A stretch of 64,000 nt of DNA, taken from positions 1 through 64,000 of the forward strand of contig CAMTVK010000001.1 in NCBI GenBank assembly GCA_947085185.1, in the 5' to 3' direction. This DNA is from Candidatus Fraserbacteria bacterium (GTDB lineage Bacteria > Bipolaricaulota > Bipolaricaulia > RBG-16-55-9 > DRXL01). The position numbers and the translations under genes were made by a program. This document shows positions 59,694-64,000 of the stretch, in pieces (the stretch's first letter is position 1; the number at the start of each line of letters is the position of its first letter). The notes under the pieces were generated by a model. It saw only the letters and a list, made by a program, of their open reading frames with translations. It made no database searches and was not told the origin of the DNA.

Positions 59694-60614
59694 CTATCGA
59701 TCTCGCATCTCTCGGCCGGTCAGGGCCAAGAACACATCTTCCAGCGTCGGCTGTTCGGTGCGCAAATCACGGAAACGCACTCCACCCGCTGTCAACGTGT
59801 TCACTACACTGGCGACGAATCGATCACCCTGTCCGTAAACGATGATCCGCTCACCGACCCGCTCCACGCGTCTTACCCCGGCGAGAGATTGCAAACTCTC
59901 AAGTGCGAAGGCGCCCTCTACAGAGAACACGACGCGATTCTCCGCGCCGAGACCGCGGATGAGATTCTCCGGCGTGTCAAGCGCGACCAGGCGGCCGTGA
60001 TCAATGATAGCCACCCGGTCACATAACCGTTCTGCTTCTTCCATAAAGTGCGTGGTGAGAAAGACGGTCTTGCCTCTGTCGCGAATGTCCCGCACCAGGT
60101 CCCACATGGCGCGGCGCGCCTGAGGGTCCAGCCCCGTGGTCAATTCGTCAAAAAATACCAACTCCGGGTCATGGATGAGGGCCAAGGCGATGAAGAGCCG
60201 TTGTTTTTGTCCGCCCGAGAGTTCGGCAAAGGCGGCGCGGCGTCTGTCGGCCAGCCCCACCTGTTCCAGCAGCGCATTCCCATCAGTCGTCCGAGGATAG
60301 AACGAAGCGAACAGGTCCAACGCTTCCCAGACTCGAAGCCGGTCGGGCAGCGCGGATTCTTGGAGCTGCACACCGATGCGTGATCGCAGAGCGTAGCCGT
60401 CCCGTTGCGGATTGAGGCCCAACACGTGGAGGCGGCCTGCGTCAGGTCGGCGCAAACCCTCGATGCACTCGATGGTCGTTGTCTTACCGGCCCCATTAGG
60501 CCCGACCATCCCAAAGATTTCCCCTTCGTAGACTTCAAAGTGGAGATCGTCTACGGCGACGACCGACCCGTAGGCTTTGCGCAGCTGCTCAACTTGTATA
60601 ATTGGATCTCTCAT
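59694..60614 (-). CDS. ABC exporter ATP-binding protein
   Basis: GPNGAGKTT, LSGGQKQR, FFDELTTGLDP and TTHFMEEA motifs. Confidence 0.95.
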   Translation of the reverse strand: MRDPIIQVEQLRKAYGSVVAVDDLHFEVYEGEIFGMVGPNGAGKTTTIECIEGLRRPDAGRLHVLGLNPQRDGYALRSRIGVQLQESALPDRLRVWEALDLFASFYPRTTDGNALLEQVGLADRRRAAFAELSGGQKQRLFIALALIHDPELVFFDELTTGLDPQARRAMWDLVRDIRDRGKTVFLTTHFMEEAERLCDRVAIIDHGRLVALDTPENLIRGLGAENRVVFSVEGAFALESLQSLAGVRRVERVGERIIVYGQGDRFVASVVNTLTAGGVRFRDLRTEQPTLEDVFLALTGREMRDR

Positions 60615-60734
60615 ACCGGCACACCTCCAGCGACTGCGCGCGGTTATTTTATATGATATGCAACGTTCACACCAGGCTCCCTACCGATCTCCCGCTGGGT
60701 CCAGTTAATTGGCACATTGCGGAGGCCCACAAGT

Positions 60735-60812
60735 GGAAGCAGCTCCAGGACAGAGATAGCTGCCTACGCTCATAAACTCGGCATCACCACTGAAGGCTCC
60801 TCCGGCTTCTAG
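60735..60812 (+). pseudogene. C-terminal remnant of a LuxR-type HTH regulator
   Basis: GSSSRTEIAAYAHKLGI…* matches the end of LuxR HTH domains; divergent from the ABC exporter. Confidence 0.5.
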
Positions 60813-61024
60813 GGGCCTCACTCAGCACAGCCAGTCCAAGCTGACTGAAGTCCTGTGGTCCCGTCTGTCCGGAAGTGCATAGAAGAACGAGGTATCACAA
60901 AAGCGCGTGGAAGGGATTGCTGCTGCGCTCATCGGGCCTTGGGGTATAAGTACTCGTCGTGCTGGCGGGCGACGGCCCGTGGCAAAAGTGCGCACGTCGG
61001 GAGACCGTGGCGGAGCTGGTGGTT

Positions 61025-61609
61025 CTAAGCAGTCGTCCAGCCACCGTCCGCGATGTCCAGCTTCTTCAGTTCCGCGGCCGCGAAGAGGTTCACCACGCCC
61101 TCGGGAGCGATGGCGCGGGAGACGATCTGCCGGATAACGTGGTCTAGCTCTTCTTCGGGGCGCTCTTCCGAAGGAGCCCGCTTCGCGAGGGCTGCCCGGA
61201 CTGCCTGGAAGAAGGCCACGTCGTCCCGAATGCGCAGCGCCTCTTCGTGCGGCACTGCTAGCGCAAAGGCCTTGGATAGCTCGCTGACGGTGCGGAGCAA
61301 CCGATCCTTCCCATCCTCTTGTGTCAGGATGTGTTCCTGCGCCGCGGCTAAAAGGGCAAGGCGTTCTTCGGCTTTTCCGGCCTTCCAGGCCGTCCAGTCG
61401 AACCCGTAGAACAGGTCGCAGCAGACTTCGTACTTCTCCAGCATCACGGCCACGGCCTCGTCCTGGTCGATGGCGGTCCGTCCCGTGCCGCCGCTGTCGG
61501 TGTAGGTGGCGAGCGTCGATTTGAGCTCGTGGGCGAGACCCAGGTAGTCAACCACGAGGCCGCCCGGCTTGTCCTTGAACACCCGGTTCACCCGGGCGAT
61601 GGCCTGCAT
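61025..61609 (-). pseudogene. hsdR: Type I restriction HsdR internal fragment (motif VI into the DUF3387 region)
   Basis: [24 protein letters not shown]…[10 protein letters not shown]…FFQAVR; truncated at both ends. Confidence 0.88.
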
Positions 61610-61624
61610 GATGACGCCCAGTCT

Positions 61625-62599
61625 TCAAGGATTTTCCTTGCTTTTCACTTGATAGTGTTTGTCCAGCTCATTTAGTATCGCCTGGCTGTAGAAGGTCTTT
61701 TTCGGTGACTTGGGGTTTTGAGGGTCCAGGCGGCGGACATGCGCGAACCGCGTGTCACCTTCTAGTTCATGACGGAGTTGGTGATACCGCTGATCGACCT
61801 TGAAACCCGGATAGCGCTGCCGGCACTGCGCGGTCAGTTCGCGGTAATCCCACGGATACCGTTCGCGGATTTGCTCCTCCGTCAACCGCACCGCCGGGGC
61901 ATTTGGATCGCTGGTCACTCGAACCGGAGTTGCGGCCGCCGACCTTGAGCGTACGAAGCGGACCTCGACGTTGATCGCCACCGAGTACCGAGCATTGGGG
62001 TCGGCATCGTGATTGTCGAGGTTCTTCACATAGTGCAAGAAGTTCTTTTCTTCCTTGTTGAGCTCGACTGCTTCCGTGACGGGGGGCGGAGCCACAAACG
62101 ACAGGGGCATGAGGTAAAAGTTGAAGCGGGAAAGATCCTCGTTGAACCAGTCCCACGCAGCCGAGGCGAAGTTCTTGACGGCCGCCATCCCGATCTCCTG
62201 AACTCGCTCCGCAAGTTCCGGGCTCTGGTGGTAGAAGTGGACCGCTGTGTCCCGAAGTTCACCAAGGGCTTCCAGATTCTGGCGACAAGCTTCGTCCATG
62301 ACTTTCTGCTCGGTGAGCTTCTTCGCAAGATAGTCCACGCTATGAGTGAAGGGGCTTCCTGAGCGCGTCCGTTTGTACCGTGGCCGCTTGCTGCCTCCGC
62401 CTTCGCGCACGTAAAGGCTGCTGAGCCGATTTCTATTCATAGCCAGCCACTTGGCTTTGAGGAGAAGCTCCCAGGCGTTGAGAGCCAGAATCGTGAACGA
62501 TTCAGCCCGATAGCGGAAATCGGGCTTGTTGTAGACGTCAATCGCTGCCACCATGGCGGCAATCGCGCGGTCGAGCAATTCACGGGAGCGTGCTTTCAT
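61625..62599 (-). CDS. DUF3644 domain protein with HEPN-like RxxxxH motif
   Basis: AIDVYNKPDFRYRAESF…NAWELLLKA and LRDTAVH motifs. Confidence 0.82.
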   Translation of the reverse strand: MKARSRELLDRAIAAMVAAIDVYNKPDFRYRAESFTILALNAWELLLKAKWLAMNRNRLSSLYVREGGGSKRPRYKRTRSGSPFTHSVDYLAKKLTEQKVMDEACRQNLEALGELRDTAVHFYHQSPELAERVQEIGMAAVKNFASAAWDWFNEDLSRFNFYLMPLSFVAPPPVTEAVELNKEEKNFLHYVKNLDNHDADPNARYSVAINVEVRFVRSRSAAATPVRVTSDPNAPAVRLTEEQIRERYPWDYRELTAQCRQRYPGFKVDQRYHQLRHELEGDTRFAHVRRLDPQNPKSPKKTFYSQAILNELDKHYQVKSKENP

Positions 62600-64000
62600 T
62601 TGGAACTTCGCCCCTTGCGCTTCAGTCGGCTCTTGCGGGCGTAGGCCGGATACTTCTCGTACACTACCCGGAGCAAAGCGTTGTGGTCGAGGTCGCCGTA
62701 GGTGTCGATGATCGTCGCCGCGTCCTCCTTGAGGTCATCAGGTAGCTCGCCGAGCGCCTCCTGGGCCTTCGCTGGATCGATTAGCACGATCCTTGTCTTG
62801 TCCTCATCTGGGTCACTCTCCACGCGCACCAGGCCTTCATCTTGCAGCGCTTGGAGATCGGCGTAGAGTTCCTTGGCGAACGGGCCGTAATGGTAGGGGA
62901 CGAAGTGGTAGAGACGCCTGCGTGCTGCGTTGCCTTCCATTTGAACGAGGAAGGCGTACTTCATGAGCGCCGTTACCAGCACCTCGGTTGCCGCCCGGCG
63001 GGCGCGTTTTGCCTTCTCCATAAGCAAAGCCAGAACCAGCAGCCTCGGCAGGCGTTCGTGCAGCGCCTTCTGGGCGGCGATCCACTCCGCATTGGCCGCC
63101 TCCCATTCGGCAGTCAGCTCGCCGGTGAAGGCTTGAGACATCAGGCTTGTAAAGCATAGTTCCGCCTCTCTAAAAGCCAATGCGTATTTCTTCCGTGTCT
63201 CCGAATAGTGTTCGGCTTGCTGAATGAAATAATCCTGTTGTTGCAACGGTGGCACTGGTACAGCGACCTTCTGCAGGGTCGAAGTCTTAAGGAGCCACTG
63301 GCCCCCGCTGGTTCGCACAGCCAGACGTCCACGAAGAAGGTCCAATGTAGATGGCAACCTCAGGAATGCCGCCAAGAACCCCTTTCTGACGACGGATTCA
63401 TTGGCTCGAAACGCGCATAGGTTTGAATCGAGCACCCACGTCTCGTTCTCTGGCGCGGCGAAGACGTCTGACTTTGCCAGGTGCTCAATACTTCCATTCA
63501 GAGGCGAGAAAACAATATCTCCCGGCAATAGGCGTCCTCTTTCGATCTCACGCGGCGAGGCTTCGATCATCTCGCTCCACGAGAGATCAAGACCCGATAA
63601 AGTAAGGTTTTTAATACGGACAATCGGCACATTCCCCTTAGGAGAGGGACGCTTCGATAGTCCTCTTCTAATGCTCGCGCACTCACCGAGAGGTACTGTC
63701 GGCCACCCCTTTGGATTTGTTGCAGGGTCGCCGAACATCTCCAGAAAGAGCGCGGGCAGGGTTTTGTCCGCCAGCTCCAGCGCCTCCCGCTGCTTGCGGC
63801 GAATCTCGTCGGCCTTCTGGAGGATCTGCACGATACGGTCTTGGACGGGGAGAGGGGGAAGGGGAACAACCTGCTCATACACCCGATCACGGTTGAGTCC
63901 CGGTTTTGTAGTGGTGTCGACGAAGCGGCGAGGGTCAAGCCACTTCAGCAAGTAGTAGACGAAATCGAGGGAGTGAACCCTTGCATCTCTGATCCGGACA
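62596..64000 (-). CDS. hsdS: Type I R-M specificity subunit HsdS fused to a C-terminal Panacea/SocA-like domain (5' end outside the window)
   Basis: PLPPLPVQDRIV, FLEMFGDPATNPKGW, PVPPLQQQ…LMSQAFTGEL, then about 170 extra aa with LMKYAFL…FVPYHYGPF…LYADL. The frame is open to the window edge. Confidence 0.88.
   Translation of the reverse strand, partial: VRIRDARVHSLDFVYYLLKWLDPRRFVDTTTKPGLNRDRVYEQVVPLPPLPVQDRIVQILQKADEIRRKQREALELADKTLPALFLEMFGDPATNPKGWPTVPLGECASIRRGLSKRPSPKGNVPIVRIKNLTLSGLDLSWSEMIEASPREIERGRLLPGDIVFSPLNGSIEHLAKSDVFAAPENETWVLDSNLCAFRANESVVRKGFLAAFLRLPSTLDLLRGRLAVRTSGGQWLLKTSTLQKVAVPVPPLQQQDYFIQQAEHYSETRKKYALAFREAELCFTSLMSQAFTGELTAEWEAANAEWIAAQKALHERLPRLLVLALLMEKAKRARRAATEVLVTALMKYAFLVQMEGNAARRRLYHFVPYHYGPFAKELYADLQALQDEGLVRVESDPDEDKTRIVLIDPAKAQEALGELPDDLKEDAATIIDTYGDLDHNALLRVVYEKYPAYARKSRLKRKGRSSK

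Noticed and set aside
1..64000. CRISPR array, rRNA, prophage or integrase-bounded element
   Set aside because: No regularly spaced repeats, rRNA-like tracts, phage structural genes or integrase were seen by eye.

Overview
Bacterial chromosomal window of moderately high GC. Gene content and the mix of archaeal-type genes tentatively suggest Bipolaricaulota/Acetothermia; this is inference only. Positions 1-51.5 kb are mostly housekeeping genes: coaD, ychF, sucD, ddl, moaDE, rsmD, fumC, amrB/amrS, mutY, metG, pepF, ispE, nadE, carAB and prpE. Interspersed are a Rad52-family annealase coupled to ychF, an archaeal-type HerA, a FAU-1 RNase, a probable 6S RNA, toxin-antitoxin islets and a DsbA-VKOR-MoxR/VWA cluster. 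Positions 51.5-64 kb are a decaying defence/accessory island. It holds a type III R-M locus with internal deletions and an intact REP-associated tyrosine transposase plus REPs, an sbtA-(sbtB remnant)-purE-purK block, an ABC exporter and a type I R-M remnant. The best candidate for an undescribed system is at the right end: an HsdS subunit with a C-terminal Panacea/SocA (DUF4065)-like domain, translationally coupled to a DUF3644 protein with a HEPN-like RxxxxH motif. Both are uninterrupted within the window while hsdR is destroyed. All family calls come from motif recognition, not database searches. No CRISPR array, rRNA or canonical tRNA was seen.
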